From the NCBI GenBank assembly GCA_043767805.1, contig JAYUGC010000147.1, positions 1-25,389 on the forward strand: DNA of 25,389 bases, given 5' to 3'. A program made the translations under genes and the position numbers. The notes beneath the pieces were generated by a model. That model searched no databases, was not told where the DNA came from, and saw only the letters and a program-made list of their open reading frames with translations. Positions 15,953 through 24,218 of this stretch are shown piece after piece (within the stretch, counting starts at the first letter, position 1; each line of letters starts with the position of its first letter). The stretch comes from Pseudomonadota bacterium. Lineage in GTDB: Bacteria; Bdellovibrionota; FAC87; UBA2466.

Positions 15953-18429
15953 GCTTGCCCCACCTTCTCGACGACCTGCACCACTGCGTAACCGCCGTGT
16001 GAGACGGTAAGCACGAAAACTCGTTCAATCGCAGTCGGCTGGGCGTGTTCCGTGGCGTTCACTTTCAGGTCGGAACTCGGCTCGCAGCCCTTCATGGGCG
16101 GCACGGTCTGGTGCTTTAAGGCGGAAAGAGCCGCGAACATGCCTAGCGCGCCGACGGTTCCTCGGGGGTGGCCGAAGACCCCAACCGGCGAATAGACCGG
16201 GGTATCCGGACAAGAGCCGAGAATGCCTTCGGAGAGCACTTTATCGAGCGCGCCGAGACCCGTGCCGTTGGCCACGATTAAGTCCGGGCGGCCAAAACGA
16301 TCGACGGCCAATCGCAGAAGCTTCGCGGTGTTGGCGCCCGTCGCGGCATAGCGGTGCGCGCCCGGTGTGTCTTCGCCGCTGACCAAAGATCCGCGAAGTA
16401 CGGCTTTCGGCTTCGCGCCGCGAGCCAGGGCGCCCTTCGCCTTCTCAAGGAGAAAAGTGATTGAGGCCTCACCGAGGAGGTAGCCGTGGGCTTCCCCATG
16501 AAAAGGACGAAGCCCTTTTTCGAGCGTGTCTCCCGACGGAATATGGCGAAGGTCGAGATACCCTTTTTCAAGGAGCGTCGAGTACTCGTCGACTCCCCCG
16601 CACAGCACGGCTTCCAGGCGCGGATCGCTCAGAGCCAGAGCCGCGGACTGAATGGCGAGAGACGAGGCCGCTTCTCCTTGCGTCACCATTACGGAAGGCC
16701 CCTGAATGAGATGATCGATGTTGAGGTAGCCCAAGCAGGCGTTCAGTACCGTGTTGGGAAAGAGCGAGGGATTTCCCGCGCCGATGCCTTCTTGTACGAC
16801 CGTGCGATAAAACTGCTGAAGGACGTCGAGAGGTCCGGTGTCAGTTCCCAGAAAGATGCCGACCTTCTCCCGATTTTTCGTCGTTACTTTGAGGCCCGAG
16901 CTGGTGAGGGCTTGGGTCGCCGAGACGAAAGCGAGCGAAGAGAAGCGATCGAGCTTTCTCAGGTTACGACTCCGCCGGAGGACGGAAGTGGTCGCGGCCT
17001 CCGTCAAATCGACCGTACCGGCATGGCTCGTCGAAAAGCGTCCCGTAAAAGAGGGATTCGGGCCGTGATCCCGTACCCGAGACTCTCCTTCTTGAATCGC
17101 TCGGTCCAAGACGTCTGCGTCGGTGCCGAACGGAGTGAGTACGCCCGTTCCGGTGATCCAAAGGGTATCCGTCACAGGGGCATGAGTCTGTTCCGAGGCG
17201 GTGCGAGAGAAAACGGCGGAAGCATTGGAACCGCCAAAGCCGAAAGAGTTCGCCACCACGGATTGTTTCGTAAGTGAGGTCCCGGACCCTTGAGACATCG
17301 CAAGCGGGCAACCCTTACGCGGACCCTTGAAGCCGTGGCTCGCCGGAAGGCGTTCAGCGGCCAAGCTCAGACAAGCCAGCGCGGCATTGAGTGTCCCAGC
17401 CGCGCCAAGGGTGTGGCCCGTGGCTCCCTTGGTGCTGAGCAGAGTGAGCTCAGGGGCGCTGGCGCCGAAAGTATTTTGAATGGCTTTGGTCTCGGCAGGA
17501 TCGTTCAACTCGGTACCCGTGCCGTGAGTGAAAACGCCCTGGACTTGAGAGCCGTCGACTTGGGCGTTCGTCAGAGCGCCCGTCATCGCGGCGCGAGCTC
17601 CGCGACCGGTGGGGTCCGGAGCGGTCGGGTGGTAAGCTTCCGACATTACGCTGGTGCCAGAGAGATAAGCGTAAGGCGCCCGGGCGGGGCGAGGTTTCGC
17701 TTCGAGAATCATCGCCGCGGCGCCTTCGCCCAGGCTCAACCCCGGATCGCCTTCGCTAAAGGGAGAGGTCAGCGTTTTTGAGAGTCCCCCGAGGGAGCGA
17801 AAGCCCGCGACGGAAAGTTCCGCGATGGGATCCACGCCGTAAACGAGGGCGGCATCCAACTCTCCGCTCTCCAACTGAGCTTTGGCGAGCTCCAAGATGA
17901 CGGTGCCCGAGGAGCAAGCGGTGGAAACCACCGCGCGGCTTCCTTTGATTTGAAAGAGAGCGGCGGTCATGTCGTTCATGGAGTTGTAGGCGCCGGAGAG
18001 CACGAGACTGGGGTGCCGGCTCTTTCCGGTTCTCGCGTGCTCCCGAAAGAGCGATTCGAGATCGGTGGTGCCGCCGAGGCTAGTGCCGCAGAAAATTCCG
18101 ATGCGCTCGGGCGAAATCCCCGAGGACAGCAGTCCGCTATCGACAAGAGCTTCCTGAATCGCGAGTAAGGCGAGCAGGCCCGCCCGGCTGGTGCGCTTCA
18201 AGGTTTCCCGGGGAAATCCCGTACGGCGGCGAAGCTCCTCGTCGGAGAGAGCGACTTCCGCGACGAGGGGAAGATCACCCGTGGCGCCATTGGCCGCGAG
18301 GTGAGTGGAAGGACGGAACCAGGCCTCTCGGCCTGAACCCTTTTCCTGACAAAGCTCGGCGAACACCTGGGGGGCGTTGTTACCGGCGGAGCAAATCATC
18401 CCAATTCCCGTTACGGCGATTCCACTCAT
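15949..18429 (-). CDS. Didomain beta-ketoacyl-ACP synthase: active FabF-like KS fused to an inactive chain-length-factor-like domain (CylI-like)
   Basis: Domain 1 has STACSSG (Cys172), THGTGT, GHTLGAAG, NSFGFGG. Domain 2 (from ~17170) has PSLFPNTVLN, TQGEAAS (Cys position = Glu586) and ANGTG (His replaced by Asn). Confidence 0.93.
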   Translation of the reverse strand: MSGIAVTGIGMICSAGNNAPQVFAELCQEKGSGREAWFRPSTHLAANGATGDLPLVAEVALSDEELRRRTGFPRETLKRTSRAGLLALLAIQEALVDSGLLSSGISPERIGIFCGTSLGGTTDLESLFREHARTGKSRHPSLVLSGAYNSMNDMTAALFQIKGSRAVVSTACSSGTVILELAKAQLESGELDAALVYGVDPIAELSVAGFRSLGGLSKTLTSPFSEGDPGLSLGEGAAAMILEAKPRPARAPYAYLSGTSVMSEAYHPTAPDPTGRGARAAMTGALTNAQVDGSQVQGVFTHGTGTELNDPAETKAIQNTFGASAPELTLLSTKGATGHTLGAAGTLNAALACLSLAAERLPASHGFKGPRKGCPLAMSQGSGTSLTKQSVVANSFGFGGSNASAVFSRTASEQTHAPVTDTLWITGTGVLTPFGTDADVLDRAIQEGESRVRDHGPNPSFTGRFSTSHAGTVDLTEAATTSVLRRSRNLRKLDRFSSLAFVSATQALTSSGLKVTTKNREKVGIFLGTDTGPLDVLQQFYRTVVQEGIGAGNPSLFPNTVLNACLGYLNIDHLIQGPSVMVTQGEAASSLAIQSAALALSDPRLEAVLCGGVDEYSTLLEKGYLDLRHIPSGDTLEKGLRPFHGEAHGYLLGEASITFLLEKAKGALARGAKPKAVLRGSLVSGEDTPGAHRYAATGANTAKLLRLAVDRFGRPDLIVANGTGLGALDKVLSEGILGSCPDTPVYSPVGVFGHPRGTVGALGMFAALSALKHQTVPPMKGCEPSSDLKVNATEHAQPTAIERVFVLTVSHGGYAVVQVVEKVGQA

Positions 18430-18431
18430 AA

Positions 18432-19532
18432 CTACTCCACGCTCACTTCCATACTTTTCGTTTCGAAGAACGGGGTCGAGGACGTTACGGCCTTGGCGAT
18501 GCTCTGATCCGATGGGCCGATGCCTTTCAGCCCGGGAAAGGCGATGTCGATGGGGAGAAAGGCAAATCCGAAGCCCTTACCGGTAGTCGGAGAAACGCCC
18601 GAGTAACGAAGCTCGCCCACGGCGCAACCATTCACGTACACCGGCTCGCCCGCTTTTGAATTCTGCCAGGGAAGGGTAGCCCCTTCCGTTTGAAAGCCGA
18701 CTAGCCCGCGAGAGACCTCATCCCTTCTTTGAATGAGGCGCTCGTAATAGAGATAGGACTCCTTGCGGAAGTCGAGCGTGTAGCGAACTCCCATCTCGAA
18801 GGGGCAGTCACCCGAGCGAAGGGTGATGCCGAAGGCCGGCATGCGCGTCTCGTGGCAAAGGACGCGAAGTTCTTCCGAAGTAATCGGCATCGCGGAAAAC
18901 TCCGGGACGGCGTCCAGAGCTTCCAGAAGAGCGCCGTACTCCGTGCGATTGACGATAAAGCGATACCCGTACTCCCCGGTAATTCCGCTGCGCAGGCACA
19001 GCCCTTTCGTTTCACAGAGATCGAACTCCATGGCATAAAGAACCCGAAGGCCAGTGACTTCCGGGCCCGCTATGGCTTTGGCGACCTTCCAGGAGTAAGG
19101 GCCTTCGATGAGAATCGAGGAGAGAGCTTCGTCTTTGTCCTGAATCTGAACGTCGGGGAAAGCCTTGGCTTCGGTGCTGAGAAAGTCGGTGACCGCGGCT
19201 TTCGCGTCCCGGGTAATGAGAAGCTGAAAGCGATCTTCGCGGTTGATGACGTAGATCATGTCGATAAGGCGGATGTTTTCGTCCAGCACCGGCGTCATAA
19301 GAGAGCAAAGCGGCTGAAGGTAAGTGAGGCGTCCAGGCAGAACGCGATCGAGAAATTCCGCGGCTCCGTCGCCGGAGACCTCGAGGATCGATCCGGTCTC
19401 GTTGGTATTGATGTACCCCACTCGCTCGCGGATATTTTGATAACCCGGGTCTAGCGCCGTGGCGCTAAATCCGCTCAAGGAAGTCAGCTCGGTTTCCTGA
19501 GTCCCCATTTCCAGTTCGTCGTCTCGGTACAT
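18432..19532 (-). CDS. GcvT/aminomethyltransferase-fold protein (CylF-like)
   Basis: LEVSGDGAAEFLDRV, IEGPYSW, RSGITGEYGYRF, ETRMP, SPTTGKGFGFA; ATG 19532 with AAGGA RBS. Confidence 0.88.
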   Translation of the reverse strand: MYRDDELEMGTQETELTSLSGFSATALDPGYQNIRERVGYINTNETGSILEVSGDGAAEFLDRVLPGRLTYLQPLCSLMTPVLDENIRLIDMIYVINREDRFQLLITRDAKAAVTDFLSTEAKAFPDVQIQDKDEALSSILIEGPYSWKVAKAIAGPEVTGLRVLYAMEFDLCETKGLCLRSGITGEYGYRFIVNRTEYGALLEALDAVPEFSAMPITSEELRVLCHETRMPAFGITLRSGDCPFEMGVRYTLDFRKESYLYYERLIQRRDEVSRGLVGFQTEGATLPWQNSKAGEPVYVNGCAVGELRYSGVSPTTGKGFGFAFLPIDIAFPGLKGIGPSDQSIAKAVTSSTPFFETKSMEVSVE

Positions 19533-19576
19533 AGTGTTTTCCTTTCGTGAAGTGCCAATTCCCATTGATTCCAGAT

Positions 19577-19592
19577 TGCAACGGCGGTGCCA
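19577..19592 (-). promoter_or_regulatory. Sigma54 -24/-12 promoter of the leftward (GcvT-KS-TE-ACP-export) operon
   Basis: Minus strand reads TGGCACCGCCGTTGCA, matching TGGCAC-N5-TTGCW, ~45 nt upstream of ATG 19532. Confidence 0.85.
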
Positions 19593-19645
19593 GGGGGCGG
19601 TGAGCCTAATGGCCGACGATTCAAGAGGTTAGGTTGGCGGGGAAA

Positions 19646-19674
19646 ACCTACAGCTGTAGGTGGGAGCCCCTACA
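19646..19674. promoter_or_regulatory. Candidate enhancer (UAS) between the divergent promoters
   Basis: Perfect 16-bp palindrome ACCTACAGCTGTAGGT (19646-19661), overlapping TGTAGG-N8-CCTACA (19655-19674). Confidence 0.6.
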
Positions 19675-19724
19675 ATCGGAGGGAAAAGAGCTCCTCCACA
19701 AGGCCAAAGCGCCGCGAACTTTCG

Positions 19725-19740
19725 TGGCACAACGCTTGCT
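19725..19740 (+). promoter_or_regulatory. Sigma54 -24/-12 promoter of the rightward (FabG-FabZ-GNAT-FabD) operon
   Basis: TGGCACAACGCTTGCT matches TGGCAC-N5-TTGCW; followed by GAGGA RBS and ATG 19767. Confidence 0.88.
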
Positions 19741-19766
19741 TTGGTGCTGTTCCGAGGAATTTTCTT

Positions 19767-20276
19767 ATGATCTCGATCGCTATTCCAATGGGACTGCACT
19801 GGTACTTAGGGCGAGTGGGCGCGAGTGCCGACATTGCCTTGCTACTCTTTGCCGCCGCGAGCTTGTTTCTTCTCTTTGGCCGGAGGGACACCTCTCCGCT
19901 TGACCGCACCGTGGGTCTCTACCTCGGAGTAATCGCCGTCCTCAGTCAGTTTTCTCCGCTCCCGGTCATCCGGCAGTTTTTCTCGGCTGGGATGTACGCC
20001 TCGCTTTGTCTGATGGCGTTTCTCCCCTTAGTGGTGGGGCGAGCTCCCTTCACCGAGTTCTTTGCGATGAGACGAGTTCGCAACGAAGCCGACCGAAAGA
20101 GCCTACGATTCAAGGCCATCGTTCACGAGCTCGCCTGGATCTGGGCTTTTATTTTCGCCGTCGCTTTCGCTCTCGCCGTGCATGCGTCCCGGGGCAAGGC
20201 GGTGCTCGTGGTGACGGCAATAGGCATTCCGTTTTCAGTCCTTTACCCCAAATGGAGAGCCCGTCATGCAAGTTGA
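19767..20276 (+). CDS. Multi-pass membrane protein (VC0807/septation-protein-like PFT motif)
   Basis: About 5-6 hydrophobic helices; GRAPFTEFFA...RFKAIVHELAWIWA. Start moved to ATG 19767 on the basis of the RBS and promoter. Confidence 0.7.
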   Translation: MISIAIPMGLHWYLGRVGASADIALLLFAAASLFLLFGRRDTSPLDRTVGLYLGVIAVLSQFSPLPVIRQFFSAGMYASLCLMAFLPLVVGRAPFTEFFAMRRVRNEADRKSLRFKAIVHELAWIWAFIFAVAFALAVHASRGKAVLVVTAIGIPFSVLYPKWRARHAS

Positions 20277-21006
20277 AACCAAGAAGAAGCTGGCCCTAGT
20301 CACGGGCGGAACCCGCGGAATCGGAAAGGCCATCGTGGAAACCCTCGTGGAAATGGGCTACTTCGTCGCGTTTACCTATCAGTCCAACTCGGCGATAGCC
20401 GATGAGATGGTCGTCCAGTGGGGAGCCGATTCGGTTTCCGGTCATCAACTGAAAGCGGAAGACGCCGTTGGAAACCGTCAGCTCGTCCGCGATCTGAAAG
20501 AGGTCCATGGGGGAGTCGAAGTTCTGGTGTGCAACGCGGGCGTCATGAAGGACGAGCACTTCGCCATCATGAGTGAGCAGAACTGGAACTCGGTCCAGCA
20601 GATCAATTTCGTGAGTCTATTTCCCATGGTTCAGGAAGTGGCCAAGGGTATGATCCATCGGCGCTCGGGAAACATCGTTTTGATGTCCTCCGTGGCGGGC
20701 CTTCGAGGCCAGGTAGGGCAAACGAATTACGCGCCCACGAAGGCGGCCATGATGGCCTTCGGAAAAACCCTCAGCCGAGAGATGGGTCGTTACGGAGTGC
20801 GAGTGAACATGGTTGCGCCTGGCCTCATCGATACGGACATGACCCGCAAGATTGATCGCGTTCACAGTGCGCGTCTGAAAGAGCAGATTCCCTTGGGCAG
20901 AATGGGGCAGGCGGTGGAAGTCGCCCGAGCCGTTCGTTTCTTGGTCTCATCCGAAGCGTCTTATGTGCACGGCGCGACTTTGGTCGTGGATGGGGGGCTC
21001 GTATGA
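20266..21006 (+). CDS. fabG: 3-oxoacyl-ACP reductase (SDR)
   Basis: TGGTRGIG, CNAG, SSVAG, GQTNYAPTK, VAPGLIDTDMT, VDGG. Confidence 0.93.
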   Translation: MQVETKKKLALVTGGTRGIGKAIVETLVEMGYFVAFTYQSNSAIADEMVVQWGADSVSGHQLKAEDAVGNRQLVRDLKEVHGGVEVLVCNAGVMKDEHFAIMSEQNWNSVQQINFVSLFPMVQEVAKGMIHRRSGNIVLMSSVAGLRGQVGQTNYAPTKAAMMAFGKTLSREMGRYGVRVNMVAPGLIDTDMTRKIDRVHSARLKEQIPLGRMGQAVEVARAVRFLVSSEASYVHGATLVVDGGLV

Positions 21007-21437
21007 AAATACTAGAGTCGGATCAGATCCGAAAAATCATTCCGCATCGGCCGCCGTTTCTTTTCATCGACCGGGTGCTCGAGATTACGCCCGGCAAATT
21101 CGGCAAGGCGATAAAGGCGATTGGCAGCAATGAGCCTTATCTGCAGGGTCACTTTCCGGAGCAGACTATTTTCCCCGGCGTGCTGATGATAGAGGCCTTG
21201 GCTCAGACCATTGCCGTCGTCATGGGCTACACGGAGGAGCCGGGAACGGGGGCTTCTCCAAAGGTCGGGTACCTGGCGAAAGTCGAAATGAAGTTTCTGC
21301 AAGTGGTGAGGCCGGGGGACACGCTTACCCTCGAAGTGCGGCTCCTTTCGCACGTGAATAATTTCGTTCAAATGCAGTGCCGCGCGCTTTTGTCCTCGGG
21401 GCCCGCCGGCGAAGGCCGCTTGACGGTGGCGCTTTGA
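21003..21437 (+). CDS. fabZ: 3-hydroxyacyl-ACP dehydratase
   Basis: IPHRPPFLFIDRV, GHFPEQTIFPGVLMIEALAQ, VRPGD. Confidence 0.94.
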   Translation: MKILESDQIRKIIPHRPPFLFIDRVLEITPGKFGKAIKAIGSNEPYLQGHFPEQTIFPGVLMIEALAQTIAVVMGYTEEPGTGASPKVGYLAKVEMKFLQVVRPGDTLTLEVRLLSHVNNFVQMQCRALLSSGPAGEGRLTVAL

Positions 21438-22111
21438 GAAATCGTAACAAAATAATCCTGGGCATTTGTGGGCAATGCGTTCTCATCGCCGTGTTCGGCG
21501 GGTGGGGGATGAGTGTGCGCTCCGCGTCCCGCACTAAGGTAACGGCTGAGCTGGATCGCGCGCTTCTGGCGGGAGAGGCCGTATCCGCGCCTGACGCCAA
21601 GGACGCGGCGTTCTTGCGCTGGCCTCGCGCGAAGCACACGGAAGACCTTTCAGAACTAGAAGCGATTGCCCGCAGCGCCCTTCAATACGATTTACCGGGC
21701 GTCATGCAGGCCGCCGTCACGCGGGCCGTGGAATTGGCTCCGATAAGCCCACGGGTAAAAGGCCTTCAGGCATTGCACTATTTGATTTCAGCTCGCGATA
21801 CGGACCGGTCTCTGGAGAGAGTCAGCCATCTACAGAAAAGTCTGGAGGCCATTGCCGAAGCTACGGCTCTAGCTCCTGACGACCTCGTGCTCCGTCGGGA
21901 TCGCATCCTGATCCATTCCCACATTCCTAAAGCCTTTGCCGACGTGGACGGTCTCGAAGCGGATCTGGAGTTTTTTCGTAAGGCCTACAGGGACCATCGC
22001 CTCACTCAGGATGAGCTGCGCCAAGTGGGTATCGCCGCTGAATTTTACCTAAGAGACGAGCATCCGGACTGGCTTGCGGAGTTCGGGTGTAAAGAAGGGA
22101 AGGTCCCATGA
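21434..22111 (+). CDS. N-terminally anchored/secreted TPR-like hypothetical protein
   Basis: TTG 21434 overlaps the fabZ stop. Hydrophobic N-terminus; RAVELAP and EATALAPDD TPR-like turns. Confidence 0.7.
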   Translation: MRNRNKIILGICGQCVLIAVFGGWGMSVRSASRTKVTAELDRALLAGEAVSAPDAKDAAFLRWPRAKHTEDLSELEAIARSALQYDLPGVMQAAVTRAVELAPISPRVKGLQALHYLISARDTDRSLERVSHLQKSLEAIAEATALAPDDLVLRRDRILIHSHIPKAFADVDGLEADLEFFRKAYRDHRLTQDELRQVGIAAEFYLRDEHPDWLAEFGCKEGKVP

Positions 22112-23301
22112 AGCAGATGAGCTGGGTATTCTTGGGACTGCTCCCTCTTTTCGTACTCCCGACGGGACAAGCCCTCATCGGGAGTAGTTTCCTCTACGCT
22201 TCGATGCTGTGGTGGAAGCTTTTGCGACGGGAGCCCGCGGCGCTCGGCGGAGTGATTTTCTGCGGGTATTTTGGCTTAGCGCTCTGTTACCACGTCTTGG
22301 GCTGGCAGGGAGTGGCGCCTTTGACGGGCATCGTAATCTATGGCGGCCTCGCGTTGTATTTCCTGGGCCGCGCGGTCCGGGGAAGCGACTCCAAAGCAGC
22401 TCTCCTGCATGTTGCCATCTGCGGGACCGCGATCGCGGTGAGTTTTTTGCTGCGCCCGCACGTTGCGTATATTTTTGCTCCGATAGCCCTCGTGACCCTC
22501 GGGTTTATGACCGAGGATCGCTGGCGCAAGCTCCTTTACCCCTCGTTTTATCGACGTAAAGGCTTCAAAGTGGAGCGAGTCGCGAGTCAGGAGGCCCGGC
22601 AGCGGGTCGACGAGATTCTTTCAGCGTCTTACGGAGAAATTTATCTGCATTCCGGCCTGCGTTCCGGCGGTAAAGTAGCGTGGCAAGAATTTTTGGTCCG
22701 CTGTCTCGCGCCGTCGCCCGGGAAAAGCTCGGTGATGTACCTCATCCGATCGGAAGAGGGCATTGCCGTGGGTTGTTTTCAGCTCTACTTCCTCGCCGAG
22801 GCAAAACGCTTTCCGTTTGAGATCGAGCTCGGTATGGACTTGGGTTGGATGCGCCGGGAGCTCGGAACTTTGGCGGAAGTAGGGCGCCTCGCGATTTTGC
22901 CCGAATGGCGCAATAATGGCTCGTTGTGGGAGTGCCTCTTTCACGCGCTGGCTCATGAGTGCGTCGCGAAGCAAGTCGCGTTCGTCGTTTGCCAGGCCGT
23001 CTCTCACGTTTATCCCATGTACCGAAAGATGGGCTTCCAGCCTTTTCTCCAAGAAGGCCGCTCCGTTTTGGACCGCGAATTTCAGACCCCGTGCGTGCCC
23101 TGCTATCTAAATCTCGCCCGCAAGATGGGCGCTCGCCTCGCTCAGGCGAGCGTGGTCAAGGGAACCTCTTTGAAACGTCGTCGGCGTTTGGAGATCTTCT
23201 TGAGCGAGGTGTCTCGTCGACAAGTGAACGAAAAGAGCCTGCTGGAGCTCACGTTGCTTCCACCCGAGGCCGTGCAAATTGATACGGAAGGGAACCCATG
23301 A
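22108..23301 (+). CDS. Membrane-anchored GNAT N-acyltransferase (FeeM/N-acyl amino acid synthase-like)
   Basis: About 135 aa multi-TM N-terminus, then FKVERVAS, AVGCFQL, FPFE, AEVGRLAILPEWR, YRKMGFQPF. Confidence 0.78.
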   Translation: MKQMSWVFLGLLPLFVLPTGQALIGSSFLYASMLWWKLLRREPAALGGVIFCGYFGLALCYHVLGWQGVAPLTGIVIYGGLALYFLGRAVRGSDSKAALLHVAICGTAIAVSFLLRPHVAYIFAPIALVTLGFMTEDRWRKLLYPSFYRRKGFKVERVASQEARQRVDEILSASYGEIYLHSGLRSGGKVAWQEFLVRCLAPSPGKSSVMYLIRSEEGIAVGCFQLYFLAEAKRFPFEIELGMDLGWMRRELGTLAEVGRLAILPEWRNNGSLWECLFHALAHECVAKQVAFVVCQAVSHVYPMYRKMGFQPFLQEGRSVLDREFQTPCVPCYLNLARKMGARLAQASVVKGTSLKRRRRLEIFLSEVSRRQVNEKSLLELTLLPPEAVQIDTEGNP

Positions 23302-24218
23302 ATGATCCGCTGCTTTTTCTTTTCGACGGTCAGGGAGCTTTTCAGCCCGGTTGGGGCAAAGAGCTTTGCCGGTTTTCCGATTTTGCGGCCGCCATGGAGC
23401 GGGTGAGCGACGCGGTGGGGAAAAATCTCGCCGACGCCGCCTGGGGAAGAAACGCCGCGCAGACGCCGCGAGACAACGAGCTCCTTCAAATTACCTTGTT
23501 CGCTTTGAGCCGCGGCCTGATGTCCGTTATCCGAAATCAGGTGGGCGAAAGGCCTAAGCGGTTGGGATTTGCGGGCCATAGCCTCGGCGAATGGTTTGCC
23601 TTGGTGGAGTCGGGTGCGATCACCGAAAAGGAAGGGGCACGCCTTGTTCAGCTTCGCGGTCGGCTCATGGAGAAAGCCGGGCGTTTGACCCCTCAGGACA
23701 TGCTGGTAGTGCAGGGCCGGGAGCTGGGTCCCGTGAAAGCACTTGTCAGTTCCTATAAGGGACTTTCGATCGCAAACCACAACGCACCCGATCAGATTGT
23801 CGTATCCGGGGACGTGCCGTCCCTCGGGGATTTTGCCCAAGCCCTTCGCCAAAAGTGGCGGATGCCCTCTCGCTGTCTCGGCACGGGAGTGGCTTGCCAT
23901 AGCGTCTATCTTTCCCCGGTCGCGGGAGAGATGAACGACGCCATAGAAGGACTCGAGATCTCCAAGACCAATACTCCTTACTTTAGCGTGGAGGCAGGGC
24001 GCGAATTACAAGAGCCCGAGGAAATTCGAGGTTTCTTGCGGACTCACATGCTGGCGCCGGTGCAGTGGACCACGGCTCAGGAAAAATTCGTCGCTCTCGG
24101 TTTCCGGCGAGCCGTCGAAATCGGCCCGAGCAAAATTCTAAAAGGCCTCGCGATGAAAACGGTACCCAGCCTCAATGTGAAAACCGCACAGGAGGTGATT
24201 CAAAATGGACTGGACTAG
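23298..24218 (+). CDS. fabD: Malonyl-CoA:ACP transacylase
   Basis: FDGQG, GHSLGE, RGRLM, NHNAPDQIVVSG, ACHS, PVQW, EIGP. Confidence 0.93.
   Translation: MNDPLLFLFDGQGAFQPGWGKELCRFSDFAAAMERVSDAVGKNLADAAWGRNAAQTPRDNELLQITLFALSRGLMSVIRNQVGERPKRLGFAGHSLGEWFALVESGAITEKEGARLVQLRGRLMEKAGRLTPQDMLVVQGRELGPVKALVSSYKGLSIANHNAPDQIVVSGDVPSLGDFAQALRQKWRMPSRCLGTGVACHSVYLSPVAGEMNDAIEGLEISKTNTPYFSVEAGRELQEPEEIRGFLRTHMLAPVQWTTAQEKFVALGFRRAVEIGPSKILKGLAMKTVPSLNVKTAQEVIQNGLD

Noticed and set aside
11157..19454. Long plus-strand ORFs (11157..11771, 12134..12820, 14813..15487, 16486..17277, 18729..19454)
   Set aside because: They lie antisense to well-supported genes and have no recognisable motifs; expected in GC-rich DNA.
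18432..19532. Bona fide glycine cleavage gcvT
   Set aside because: Canonical motifs are diverged, gcvH and gcvP are absent, and the gene is coupled to a ketosynthase.
20266..24218. Housekeeping fatty acid synthesis operon
   Set aside because: No plsX, fabH or fabI context; interleaved with GNAT and TPR genes and preceded by a sigma54 promoter.
15244..24218. Canonical aryl-polyene cluster
   Set aside because: No AMP-ligase, ammonia-lyase, glycosyltransferase, MMPL exporter or tandem ACPs in the window; GcvT-like plus fused KS fits cyl-type better. Genes beyond the edge are unknown.
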